Part shown: piece after piece, positions 33,345 to 42,682 of the stretch
Layout of the letters: each line of letters opens with the position of its first letter
Position numbering within the stretch: position 1 is the first letter of the stretch
DNA from: a virus
Taxonomy: Duplodnaviria > Caudoviricetes
IMG/VR virus record: IMGVR_UViG_3300032116_014300
Coordinates: 1 to 53,705 of that record
Length of the DNA stretch: 53,705 nucleotides
Strand: one strand, 5' to 3'
The notes under the pieces: generated by a model
Seen by the model: only the letters and a program-made list of their open reading frames with translations
The model's database searches: none
What the model was told of the DNA's origin: nothing
Position numbers and translations under genes: made by a program

Positions 33345-33869
33345 ATGAAAAAACTTATTTTGGTACTTGTAATTTTAATTACGTCTGTGTATATTGTTGA
33401 TAGACTTCCAAATGTTACGGTTACACCGATTCCAAAGTCTAAACCTACGCCGGTTGAAATGTTTATGGATCGCATTGCGTCAATTGAGACACCGGGCGGA
33501 ACCCATAGAACAGTCAATCAGTTCGGTATGATGGGACGTTATCAGTTTAGTCCATCTACCGTTCGGGTTTTAGGATTTCGAGTAACGCAACATCAGTTTT
33601 TAAACAACCGACAGATCCAAGATACCGTGATGTTACGATATATGAAGGTCAATCATCGTGAATTGTCATGGTATATTCGTCGGTATAGTGGAAAAGTAGT
33701 GAATGGGGTCAAAATTACCCGTGCAGGTATCCTTGCCGGAGCGCATTTTGCGGGAAGTGAGGGGGTAAAAGCATTTTTCCGTACCGGAAGTAACAGAACT
33801 GATGCAAATGGAACGTCGGTAGCAAAATATATGTCAAAATTTAGTAATTTCCACCTACCAGAGATCTAA
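33345..33869 (+). CDS. membrane-anchored lysozyme-fold protein
   Basis: N-terminal TM; IASIET..GRYQF; LAGAHFAG. Confidence 0.7.
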   Translation: MKKLILVLVILITSVYIVDRLPNVTVTPIPKSKPTPVEMFMDRIASIETPGGTHRTVNQFGMMGRYQFSPSTVRVLGFRVTQHQFLNNRQIQDTVMLRYMKVNHRELSWYIRRYSGKVVNGVKITRAGILAGAHFAGSEGVKAFFRTGSNRTDANGTSVAKYMSKFSNFHLPEI

Positions 33870-34141
33870 TGATAATCGTTATTACAATTTTAGGTATACT
33901 AAACATAGGGTTAGGGTATGCAACCTATAATCTACTGAAAAAATTAGAAATTTATGAAAAAAGTATAGAGGAATTCTATACTTCATTGTCTTTTGTACTC
34001 CATACGATGAGAACATTAGACGAAAAACAAATGTTTGAATCAGATGACGAAGTGGGGACGGTATTTAGGCAAATGTCCGACATACTGTTCACGCTTCGTC
34101 CAATAATTTATGGAAAGGAGCAAAATGAAGAAAAAGACTGA
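33869..34141 (+). CDS. small membrane protein
   Basis: TM; FESDDEVG. Confidence 0.75.
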   Translation: MIIVITILGILNIGLGYATYNLLKKLEIYEKSIEEFYTSLSFVLHTMRTLDEKQMFESDDEVGTVFRQMSDILFTLRPIIYGKEQNEEKD

Positions 34142-34889
34142 CCTAGAAATTCGTCGTGCCAAGCTGGGTAAGGTATATTTCACCCAAGATACGGAACGAG
34201 CAATTGTAGAATACAATAAATCTTCCGATCAAGAGGAAAGAGATCAAATATTTAGAGAACGAATACACGCACCAATTGATAAATTAGCAGAAAATATAAT
34301 TAATAGATTTAAATTTCCTTATATAGATGGAAATTTTGAAGATATTAAGAATCAGGTAGTATCATTTCTAGTACTTAATTTACACAAGTTTACGGAAGAT
34401 AAAGGTAAGGCATTTTCATATTTTTCTGTGGTAGCAAAAAACTATTTAGTATTACACAACAATAATTCGTATCGTGATGAATTGCGATCAACTTACATAG
34501 TAGATTCGTCAACCGACGAGTCGTATTTATTGGAGGAAGTACTAACAACAAAACCAGAAGTTGAATCTTCTCACAAAGATACTAGTGATTTTGTAGAATT
34601 GTTAATTCAATATTGGGATTTTAATTTAGATAGAATTTTTAGGAAAAAAAGAGACAAGGAAATAGCAAATGCTGTAATAGAATTAATGAAACGCGCAAAC
34701 ACAATAGAAAATTTCAATAAAAAAGCACTATACGTACTAATTCGTGAAATGACCAACAATAAAACGGTTCATATCACGAAAGTTATTAATAAGATGAAAG
34801 TACATGTTTTGGAACAAATGAAAGAATATCGCCGGTCAGGATATTTATCAGATCCATCCATGCTTTTTGTCTATAATCAAGAAAAATAA
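34125..34889 (+). CDS. putative phage late sigma factor (gp55-like)
   Basis: KGKAFSYFSVVAKN; AGGAG RBS; directly upstream of structural genes. Confidence 0.65.
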   Translation: MKKKTDLEIRRAKLGKVYFTQDTERAIVEYNKSSDQEERDQIFRERIHAPIDKLAENIINRFKFPYIDGNFEDIKNQVVSFLVLNLHKFTEDKGKAFSYFSVVAKNYLVLHNNNSYRDELRSTYIVDSSTDESYLLEEVLTTKPEVESSHKDTSDFVELLIQYWDFNLDRIFRKKRDKEIANAVIELMKRANTIENFNKKALYVLIREMTNNKTVHITKVINKMKVHVLEQMKEYRRSGYLSDPSMLFVYNQEK

Positions 34890-34928
34890 CTATTTATGAT
34901 ATAGACCTTCACTCTATAGAAATTGCTT

Positions 34929-35315
34929 ATGGCATTTGATACGGAAATTTTTGACGGAAAAACATTGGCTGATCTGTTCTCGGATATCTACAAAAATACA
35001 GATAAAAAACGAGAACAGATCAATCAATTTGTGGCAAGTTTTGTTAAACTAATCAAAACCCCAGAAGACGCAGCCGTCCTCGGACCAGTTATAAAAGATT
35101 TTTTGGATGTAAATGTTAAAAATGACGAACATTTGGTTAGACTTGCACAGATAGCACAACGATTGGTCATGGTATCCAGTAAAGGATCTTCGTCCGGCGA
35201 CATGTTGAGCGAGGAAGAAAAAATGCAACTGTTAAAAAATATAAAAAGTGATTTTGAAACGGTTATTGCAGAACAAGACGACTTAGAAAATACGATTCAT
35301 CGGATAAAACCGTAA
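34929..35315 (+). CDS. hypothetical helical protein
   Basis: VKNDEHLVRLAQIAQR; CTATTTAT upstream. Confidence 0.8.
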   Translation: MAFDTEIFDGKTLADLFSDIYKNTDKKREQINQFVASFVKLIKTPEDAAVLGPVIKDFLDVNVKNDEHLVRLAQIAQRLVMVSSKGSSSGDMLSEEEKMQLLKNIKSDFETVIAEQDDLENTIHRIKP

Positions 35316-35316
35316 T

Positions 35317-36867
35317 ATGGCATCTGGAGACAAGTGGGTTTATAGAGGAAGGCCTGGTGGAATGCTGGCTACGTCAGGAACAACTGATTCAGCCAGACCT
35401 ATAACAACACCCATACATGAAGCAATCGTTGAAGATGTAATATTAGATCATCTTCATCCAAAATATTCGTCGGACGGGTATAACGTAGGGATGATAAAAA
35501 TCAGAATATTTTCAGTAGATAATAGTAGAGATTCCGAGACACTGGATTGGGCTCAGCCGATTGATGCAACAATACAAGAACTTCCATTAATAGGTGAGTT
35601 GGTAATAGTACAACGAGTACTAGGAGACTATTTCTACAATAGAAAAGTTTATCTTGCACACAGAATACAAGAAAACGGTATGTTAAATCTATCAAAGCAA
35701 TTAGATAACAGACCGGCTAAACTTGGCAGAAAAATAACTGCTACACAAACTGAAATTCAAAAGGAAGACCACGAGTTTGGGCAGTATTTTAAGCCTGATA
35801 ATAGAGTACGACCACTCAAACATTTTGAGGGAGACGTTCTCATTCAAGGACGCATGGGACACTCAATCAGGTTTGGTTCAAGTCAGATGGATCCAAGTAG
35901 TAAAGGAATGGCACCCAACATAATATTACGGACTGGACAGGCAAAGGATGCAGAAACTAAAAATTGTACGACGGATAAAGTCTTTGGATTAACGTTAGAG
36001 GATATTAATAGAGATGCATCATCTTTGTGGATGACTTCGGATCAAACAGTTCCTTTTGAACCCATCACGTTGAATGCGGGATCATTTTACAGATCTATTT
36101 TAAATCCACCACAAAAGTTTGATAAAGCACAGATTATATTGAATTCTGATAGAATAATTTTGGATGCAAAGAAAACACATATCATGATGTTTTCAAATGA
36201 AGAAATATATTTGAATAGCTTTAAAAGAACGTCAATAGACGCGGATGAAAGCATCATATTAACAGCAAACTTAGACGTACAGATAAACACCAGTAGAAAT
36301 ATTGATAACGTTGCAGATGAAGATTTTACTGTAAAAGCCGGAAGTGATATATCTATGTTGGCTGGTGAAAAAATTTCTCTAGTGGGTAAAAAAATTCATT
36401 TGGGTGGAATACAAAATGATGCAGAACCCGTGGTTGGTGGAACAAGTTTATCTATATTTTTAGCCAGGTTAATACAAGCTATTATGGGACTAGGAATAAC
36501 ACCCCCGCAAATACCCACATACCAGTCGGCAGGATTATCTGGACCAACTATAAATATTCCGTCAGCAATAACTCCTGGCACTTCTGCATTTTTTCATGTA
36601 CAAACACCAACTGGACCAGGAGTATTGATGCCGCAGATAGTAACCGCGCTAACGGCACTACACACCGAGTTAGTGTCACCAAACCCAGGATCACAAAAAT
36701 CTTCACCGTTTTCTGGAGCACCATTTAATAGCAATGATGTGTTTATTGCAATGTCAAATCAAGACGTAACAACTGCAATTGTTAAAAATGAATTTGAAAA
36801 CGGAACACAAATTAAAACTGAAAACAATCAATGGCTGTTATCAGACAGCTACTATAAAGTAACCTAA
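35317..36867 (+). CDS. baseplate hub/spike protein (gp5/VgrG-like)
   Basis: PLIGELV OB-fold, EGDVLIQGRMGHSIRFGS, beta-repeat segment. Confidence 0.7.
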   Translation: MASGDKWVYRGRPGGMLATSGTTDSARPITTPIHEAIVEDVILDHLHPKYSSDGYNVGMIKIRIFSVDNSRDSETLDWAQPIDATIQELPLIGELVIVQRVLGDYFYNRKVYLAHRIQENGMLNLSKQLDNRPAKLGRKITATQTEIQKEDHEFGQYFKPDNRVRPLKHFEGDVLIQGRMGHSIRFGSSQMDPSSKGMAPNIILRTGQAKDAETKNCTTDKVFGLTLEDINRDASSLWMTSDQTVPFEPITLNAGSFYRSILNPPQKFDKAQIILNSDRIILDAKKTHIMMFSNEEIYLNSFKRTSIDADESIILTANLDVQINTSRNIDNVADEDFTVKAGSDISMLAGEKISLVGKKIHLGGIQNDAEPVVGGTSLSIFLARLIQAIMGLGITPPQIPTYQSAGLSGPTINIPSAITPGTSAFFHVQTPTGPGVLMPQIVTALTALHTELVSPNPGSQKSSPFSGAPFNSNDVFIAMSNQDVTTAIVKNEFENGTQIKTENNQWLLSDSYYKVT

Positions 36868-36868
36868 T

Positions 36869-37591
36869 ATGTCAGATCCAATAAAAGACGCAATTAATAC
36901 CGTACAAGCAAAGAATTCTGATGGTAGAAAACTATTTGATTTGGCAACCAATAAAATTTCCAATAATAATGTGGAAAAATTAAAAAAATTACCGATTACT
37001 AAAGATCCCGTATTAATAAAAAAAGAAAAAGAGGCGGAAGTTTTAAAAAAGAAAACGGAGGCAGAAGAACTTAAACTAAATGCCAAACAAATTTTAATTA
37101 ATGAAGGAAAAACAAAGTTAAAAGACTTCATAGTGGCATCTATTCCATTTCCGCCAAAATTACCATTTATTGATCCAAAAATAATTCAAGCGGTTGATAT
37201 AGCCAAGCAATTAAAAAAATTGGCAGGTGAAAAAAAAGAAACAAGTAAAAATAATCTGGAAAAGGGGAAAGAGACATATACATACCCACTAACTCCAGTA
37301 AAAAAAACAGAACCCACACCAGAACCGCCAAAAATTCCAGAAGCATCTCCCCCACCCCCGACAATTTCTACTAAAATGAAATATTTTATAGAAATAAATT
37401 CTAAATCAAACAAAGGTTTGTGGGCAGTGCTGATATATGATAATACTGATGGCAACCGAGATTTTCTGGATAGTAAATATTATTCAAAATCAAAATATTC
37501 AACGGAAAACGAAGTAAAAACAGAGGTAACTAACCTAATTAAATCTAACGGCCTAATAGGATTCCCACCCCAGCCGGATTTCACTTTTTGA
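36869..37591 (+). CDS. hypothetical protein, Lys/Pro-rich
   Basis: 240 aa ORF in structural operon. Confidence 0.7.
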   Translation: MSDPIKDAINTVQAKNSDGRKLFDLATNKISNNNVEKLKKLPITKDPVLIKKEKEAEVLKKKTEAEELKLNAKQILINEGKTKLKDFIVASIPFPPKLPFIDPKIIQAVDIAKQLKKLAGEKKETSKNNLEKGKETYTYPLTPVKKTEPTPEPPKIPEASPPPPTISTKMKYFIEINSKSNKGLWAVLIYDNTDGNRDFLDSKYYSKSKYSTENEVKTEVTNLIKSNGLIGFPPQPDFTF

Positions 37592-37621
37592 TAATAATAC
37601 TCATGGTTAAGGAGATTATAA

Positions 37622-37957
37622 ATGGATAAGCAATTATTAAAAGCATATATTCGTACAATTGTTGAAGAAGAAGTTGAACGAATTTTACCGAAAATGTTAG
37701 CAGAAGCAGTTAACGAAGTAAAACAATTGACAGAAATAAAAACGTCCGTAGCAGCTCCGATAAAAAAACCTTCGCTTGATAGAAAACGGTTTGCAGAGCT
37801 CATGGATATATCTTATGACGGCAACACGTTACGTGCGGCCACCAATAATATGACAGTACCGCTCCCAGAAAATACTCCTCATGATGCTGACCCAGAAGTA
37901 ATAAAAGCAGTTACAAAAGATTATTCTGCCATTATGAAAAAATTAGGGTTAAGTTGA
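37622..37957 (+). CDS. hypothetical protein
   Basis: AGGAG RBS; IRTIVEEEV..KDYSAIMK. Confidence 0.8.
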   Translation: MDKQLLKAYIRTIVEEEVERILPKMLAEAVNEVKQLTEIKTSVAAPIKKPSLDRKRFAELMDISYDGNTLRAATNNMTVPLPENTPHDADPEVIKAVTKDYSAIMKKLGLS

Positions 37958-37965
37958 GATAATAC

Positions 37966-38346
37966 ATGACTCAAGCGCTTGGAATAACCCTACCCATCAG
38001 AATAGGAAATACTGGCTATTTTGAGCAAGGATTTGATACTTTAACACAAGTTAAATCAAACTTTATAAATTTGATACTTACTAGAAAGGGGGAACGTGTA
38101 CATCAACCCGAATTTGGGTGTGGTATACACGATTATCTCTTTGAGCAATTGACGCCAGAAAATATTGAAGGTGCTCGGTTATCGGTTATAGATGCAGTAG
38201 AACGTTGGATGCCTTTCTTAGAATTGGTACAATTTGAGTTAGGTGCGGGACCAACTGAAATAGACAATAACACACTTCGTTTATATGTCGGGTACAGACT
38301 TAAAAAAAACCCAAACATCAGAGATACCATCATTCTGACGTTTTAG
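37966..38346 (+). CDS. baseplate wedge protein gp25-like
   Basis: LILTRKGERVHQPEFGC. Confidence 0.92.
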   Translation: MTQALGITLPIRIGNTGYFEQGFDTLTQVKSNFINLILTRKGERVHQPEFGCGIHDYLFEQLTPENIEGARLSVIDAVERWMPFLELVQFELGAGPTEIDNNTLRLYVGYRLKKNPNIRDTIILTF

Positions 38347-38356
38347 GAGATAATCA

Positions 38357-40342
38357 ATGGCGGTAAACCAATCAATTACACGAAAATTTACACCAAATTT
38401 TAAAGAAGTTAATTACTTAGCAAAAAATTTTTCTGAATTCCGTCAAAATTTGATTGAGTTTGCTAAATCATACTACCCTAATACTTATACGGATTTTAAT
38501 GAAGCATCTCCCGGCATGATGTTTATGGAAATGGCCGCATATGTAGGGGATGTACTATCATTTTATATTGATAATCAATTTAAAGAAAACTTATTATTGG
38601 TGGCGACGGAAAAACAAAACGTAATTCAGATTGCTCAAGCATTAGGTTATAAACCAAAATTAACTGCAGCTGCAACGGTTGAGGCGACTATTTTTCAAAT
38701 GGTACCTGCATTAGGATCTTTACGGCAATATGAACCCGATAAGCGATTTTTCTTAAAAGTACTGACTAATTCAAAATTTTCTACAGATACACCGCCTATA
38801 CAAAGTTTCCGATCCGTGGAAGATGTGGATTTTGCTGACCCAACGAATAGATCTATACGAATACTTTCTCGGGACATAAACAATGCACCCACCATGTATG
38901 TGGTTTCAAAAAAGATAAAATTGGTATCCGCTGATACAAAAGTTGCAACGTTTTCTTTTGGTTCTGCACAAAAATTTTCAAAAATAGAATTGAATGAACC
39001 AAATATCATAGGAATACAATCGGTGGTTGATTCGGATGGGTATACTTGGCATGAAGTAGACTATTTGGGGCAAGATTTATTATTAGAAGAACGTACAATA
39101 CAAGTTAGAGACGATGCGGGATATTTGTCTGAATCTACGTTAGAAACAGGCTCATTACCACCTGCTAAATTGGCAATTTTAAGAAGAAGACCACGTAGAT
39201 TTGCAACAAGAATCAATTCTTCCATGAAAATGGAACTTTGGTTTGGTTCCGGAACAGGAGAAATGGATAGTGATCTTGTTACACTAAACTCTACACAAAT
39301 TGCAAATTCAAAGTACAATCAAGTAATTGCAAATACTTCGTTGGATCCATCTGACTTTATATCAAGTGATACATTTGGAATGGCTCCTGCAAATACTACG
39401 TTAACTGTCACGTATCTTATTGGCGGCGGCGTTCAATCAAACGTTTCATCAAATACAATAAATAAAGTAGATTTACCGTTGGTGGCCAATACGATAACTG
39501 ACTACCAACCTGCGGAGAGAAATTTATTTTCTCAAATAGTTGCAAGTCTAGCAATTTTAAATGACGAACCTGCACGTGGTGGTGGAAACGCAGAAGATGT
39601 TGAAGAAATTCGTCAAAACGCTCTAGCATTTTTCAATGCACAAAATCGTGTAGTCACTGATAAAGATTACATGGTTAGATCCCTTGCAATGCCATCTAAA
39701 TTTGGACAAATCTCAAAAGTATTTGTTGTTCGTGACGAACAAATTAACGCAATCGGCGAACAAGACCCGTCCAATTTAGTAGTAAATAACGACCAAGACC
39801 CATACAATAATAGAATATATGTAAAAGATCCAGTGGCGCCAAATTCTATAAACTTATATGTTCTTGGTTATGATTCAACCGGTAAGTTGGCAACATTAAA
39901 TACACTGGTTAAGAAAAATCTTGTTAAGTATTTAGAACAATATAGAATATTGACGGATGACGTGAACATTCTCGATGCGTTTGTTGTTAATATAGGAGTA
40001 GAGTTTAATATAGTAGTATATAGAACCTATAATATGAACGATGTTGTTGCACGTTGTATAGATGCAATAAAAGAATTTTTTGATATTAAAAAGTGGCAAA
40101 TAAATCAACCCATAATAATGAATGATTTGCGATTGGTAATAGGTTCGGTGGACGGAGTACAAACAGTAGTTGATGTATTAATTACTAACAAGTATAAATT
40201 TAAAGACGGTCGTGATTATTTTGAATATAGGTATCCAATTGAAGAGGCAGTGGTCGATGATATTGTATACCCGTCATTAGACCCATGTATTTTTGAAGTC
40301 AGATACCCAGAAACAGATATTGTGGGTCACGCTCGTCAATAA
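38357..40342 (+). CDS. baseplate wedge protein gp6-like
   Basis: TDFNEASPGMMFMEMAAYVGDVLSFY, AQALGY, GGGNAE, QNRVVT. Confidence 0.9.
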   Translation: MAVNQSITRKFTPNFKEVNYLAKNFSEFRQNLIEFAKSYYPNTYTDFNEASPGMMFMEMAAYVGDVLSFYIDNQFKENLLLVATEKQNVIQIAQALGYKPKLTAAATVEATIFQMVPALGSLRQYEPDKRFFLKVLTNSKFSTDTPPIQSFRSVEDVDFADPTNRSIRILSRDINNAPTMYVVSKKIKLVSADTKVATFSFGSAQKFSKIELNEPNIIGIQSVVDSDGYTWHEVDYLGQDLLLEERTIQVRDDAGYLSESTLETGSLPPAKLAILRRRPRRFATRINSSMKMELWFGSGTGEMDSDLVTLNSTQIANSKYNQVIANTSLDPSDFISSDTFGMAPANTTLTVTYLIGGGVQSNVSSNTINKVDLPLVANTITDYQPAERNLFSQIVASLAILNDEPARGGGNAEDVEEIRQNALAFFNAQNRVVTDKDYMVRSLAMPSKFGQISKVFVVRDEQINAIGEQDPSNLVVNNDQDPYNNRIYVKDPVAPNSINLYVLGYDSTGKLATLNTLVKKNLVKYLEQYRILTDDVNILDAFVVNIGVEFNIVVYRTYNMNDVVARCIDAIKEFFDIKKWQINQPIIMNDLRLVIGSVDGVQTVVDVLITNKYKFKDGRDYFEYRYPIEEAVVDDIVYPSLDPCIFEVRYPETDIVGHARQ

Positions 40343-40354
40343 ATGAGATAAATT

Positions 40355-41395
40355 ATGAGAACTTTTTTACCTATATCTCAAGATGCAACAATATACCAGA
40401 GATATCCTGATAATAACACGGGTCTAGATGAAATTATAGAAGTCGGCAAAGTTATTAAACCATTGGACGGAGTGGGTAAGTATGCATCTGGCTCTGCACG
40501 GATAGTATTGAATATTGATATCCCCTCAGAAAACCAATATCCAACGAATTCCGTATATTATTTGAATCTTAGAATAGCAAATGCCAAAAACGTAACACGG
40601 TATCAACAACTTAACGTCTACCCAGTATCGCGTAGTTGGACGGAAGGAAGTGGATATTTTTATCAAGATGTAAAAAATATGCAAGACGGTGTTACTTGGA
40701 ACGTTGCATCTCCGATTGTTAGTTGGTCATTGTCTGGGAGTGATTATGTTACAACTCCATCTGCTTCATATACTTTTTCAAGGGTACCAATTGAAGATAT
40801 AAAAATTGATGTTACACAAATAATACGTCCCGTTGTATCGGGATCAAATGAATTTGCGTGGAACGGATTGATAGTAAAGTTCCCAGACACGGACGAACAA
40901 CTTACTACAAATACAGGAAACATTAAATTTTTTTCCTCAAATACCCACACGATATTTGCTCCCAAACTAGAAGTGTTATATAATAATCAAACATTTATTA
41001 CAGGTAGTTTAAAACCGATCTCAACGGGAAATATTTCTATCATACCAAAAAATTTGAAAACTGCATACACGGTAGGTGAAATAGATAAAGTGTATCTTGT
41101 CGTTAGAGATAAATTTCCTGATAAACGGTTTGATGAAGCGCAACGATACAAGACAAAATATTATTTACCATCATCATCACTTTACAGAATAAAAGATCAA
41201 GTATCTGGTATGACAATTCATGATTTTGATCAATATTCTACAATTAATTGTGATACGTCTGGATCGTACATACTATTGGATACTACGGGGTTTGACGTTG
41301 ATAGATACTATACAATAGACTTAAAAATTTCTTCGGGACAACAAGTGTGGTTTCCAGAATTTGATTACTCATTTAAAGTAGATAGAAATGGCTAA
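40355..41395 (+). CDS. virion structural protein (DNRLRE-like beta domain)
   Basis: QDATIY, SWTEGSG, PKLEV. Confidence 0.7.
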   Translation: MRTFLPISQDATIYQRYPDNNTGLDEIIEVGKVIKPLDGVGKYASGSARIVLNIDIPSENQYPTNSVYYLNLRIANAKNVTRYQQLNVYPVSRSWTEGSGYFYQDVKNMQDGVTWNVASPIVSWSLSGSDYVTTPSASYTFSRVPIEDIKIDVTQIIRPVVSGSNEFAWNGLIVKFPDTDEQLTTNTGNIKFFSSNTHTIFAPKLEVLYNNQTFITGSLKPISTGNISIIPKNLKTAYTVGEIDKVYLVVRDKFPDKRFDEAQRYKTKYYLPSSSLYRIKDQVSGMTIHDFDQYSTINCDTSGSYILLDTTGFDVDRYYTIDLKISSGQQVWFPEFDYSFKVDRNG

Positions 41396-41798
41396 TAATA
41401 TTTTAAATTCGTATATATCAAAAGTTTTAGTAGAACTAAATCGTAACAATGATGATGTTATTAAAGTATCAACTAACTATCTGTCACCGGAAGGCGACGA
41501 ATATGTGTTGGATAGACAAACTGTATCACCTATATTAATACAAACCACACAATCGTTACAAGAACTGCAACCTGAAGTATCTAATGTATATCCATTTAAA
41601 ATCGTCACTCCATTAGACTTTGATGGAAGTACTATAATTTTAAGTCCAAGCGTTGACACACAACCAACTGCATCACAAGGATATTACGTACCAATTTATT
41701 TTGAAAGGTACAATACAGAAGTAGTTCAGGCAATAAATACAGAATTCACAGAACTAATCTTGGTAGAGGAAACTGGATTAGAAGTGTTGGGTGAATAA
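41388..41798 (+). CDS. hypothetical structural protein
   Basis: Packed in structural operon. Confidence 0.75.
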   Translation: MANNILNSYISKVLVELNRNNDDVIKVSTNYLSPEGDEYVLDRQTVSPILIQTTQSLQELQPEVSNVYPFKIVTPLDFDGSTIILSPSVDTQPTASQGYYVPIYFERYNTEVVQAINTEFTELILVEETGLEVLGE

Positions 41799-41800
41799 TT

Positions 41801-42661
41801 ATGCCAAATCAAAATAATTTTAGAAGTGACGTAACAAATATACAGGATGTAAGATTTTCTGCTTCAAGAATTGTTAGAATTCCTGAAGAACTGATTTTAT
41901 TTGAAGAAGTTCCTGCCAGCTTTGCATTTGACGCGGACGATAATATAGAAATTCATTTTTATACAATTCCCGAAAATCAGTTACTACTGAGCACTGTTAT
42001 TAAAACGGCAGAAAATATAATAAAATCACACATTATATCGTATGCAGATGGTACTTATAAAAATTATATAAGAATAGATTTCACAAAACTATTTATTGAT
42101 AAAGAGTTAGTATTAATACCTGGTGATTATAAAATGACGTTGAACCTATTTTCCGATGAAATAGGTAGTTATGACACCAAAAAGTTAAATATTGATATAA
42201 TATCAGACTCACGTACAGAAGTACAGTTATCCTTTAATGACACTATAGATGATGTATATTTTAAACAAAATTCTTACTTATTAAAAGAATTTTTAGAAAA
42301 AGCATTTAATAAAACCGATGCAGTGGGGTTTGCACAAAAAGTATTTATTTCGGGAGTTGAATTGAATGATCCAACCGAAGGGATAAATGCAACCAACATA
42401 TTACAAAATCTTGAAGTGGGTGGGATACAAACTACGGAAGACACTGTAGATAGAATTGAACGTATTAATTTACGAGAAATTTTTGAGACGCAATTGAACG
42501 ATTTTGTACAAGATTTGTTTAAATATATTAGAGAAGAAATAGTTATTAAAGGAGATGATAGAATCCAGCAATATGAGTACCAAAAAGTTATAACTGATAT
42601 AGTTGAACAAAAAATAAAAAATTTACGACAAACCGTAGATTCTAGAATCGTGGTTAGTTAA
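41801..42661 (+). CDS. hypothetical structural protein
   Basis: ISDSRTEV; packed in operon. Confidence 0.8.
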   Translation: MPNQNNFRSDVTNIQDVRFSASRIVRIPEELILFEEVPASFAFDADDNIEIHFYTIPENQLLLSTVIKTAENIIKSHIISYADGTYKNYIRIDFTKLFIDKELVLIPGDYKMTLNLFSDEIGSYDTKKLNIDIISDSRTEVQLSFNDTIDDVYFKQNSYLLKEFLEKAFNKTDAVGFAQKVFISGVELNDPTEGINATNILQNLEVGGIQTTEDTVDRIERINLREIFETQLNDFVQDLFKYIREEIVIKGDDRIQQYEYQKVITDIVEQKIKNLRQTVDSRIVVS

Positions 42662-42682
42662 TTAACTGGACGGATATATAAC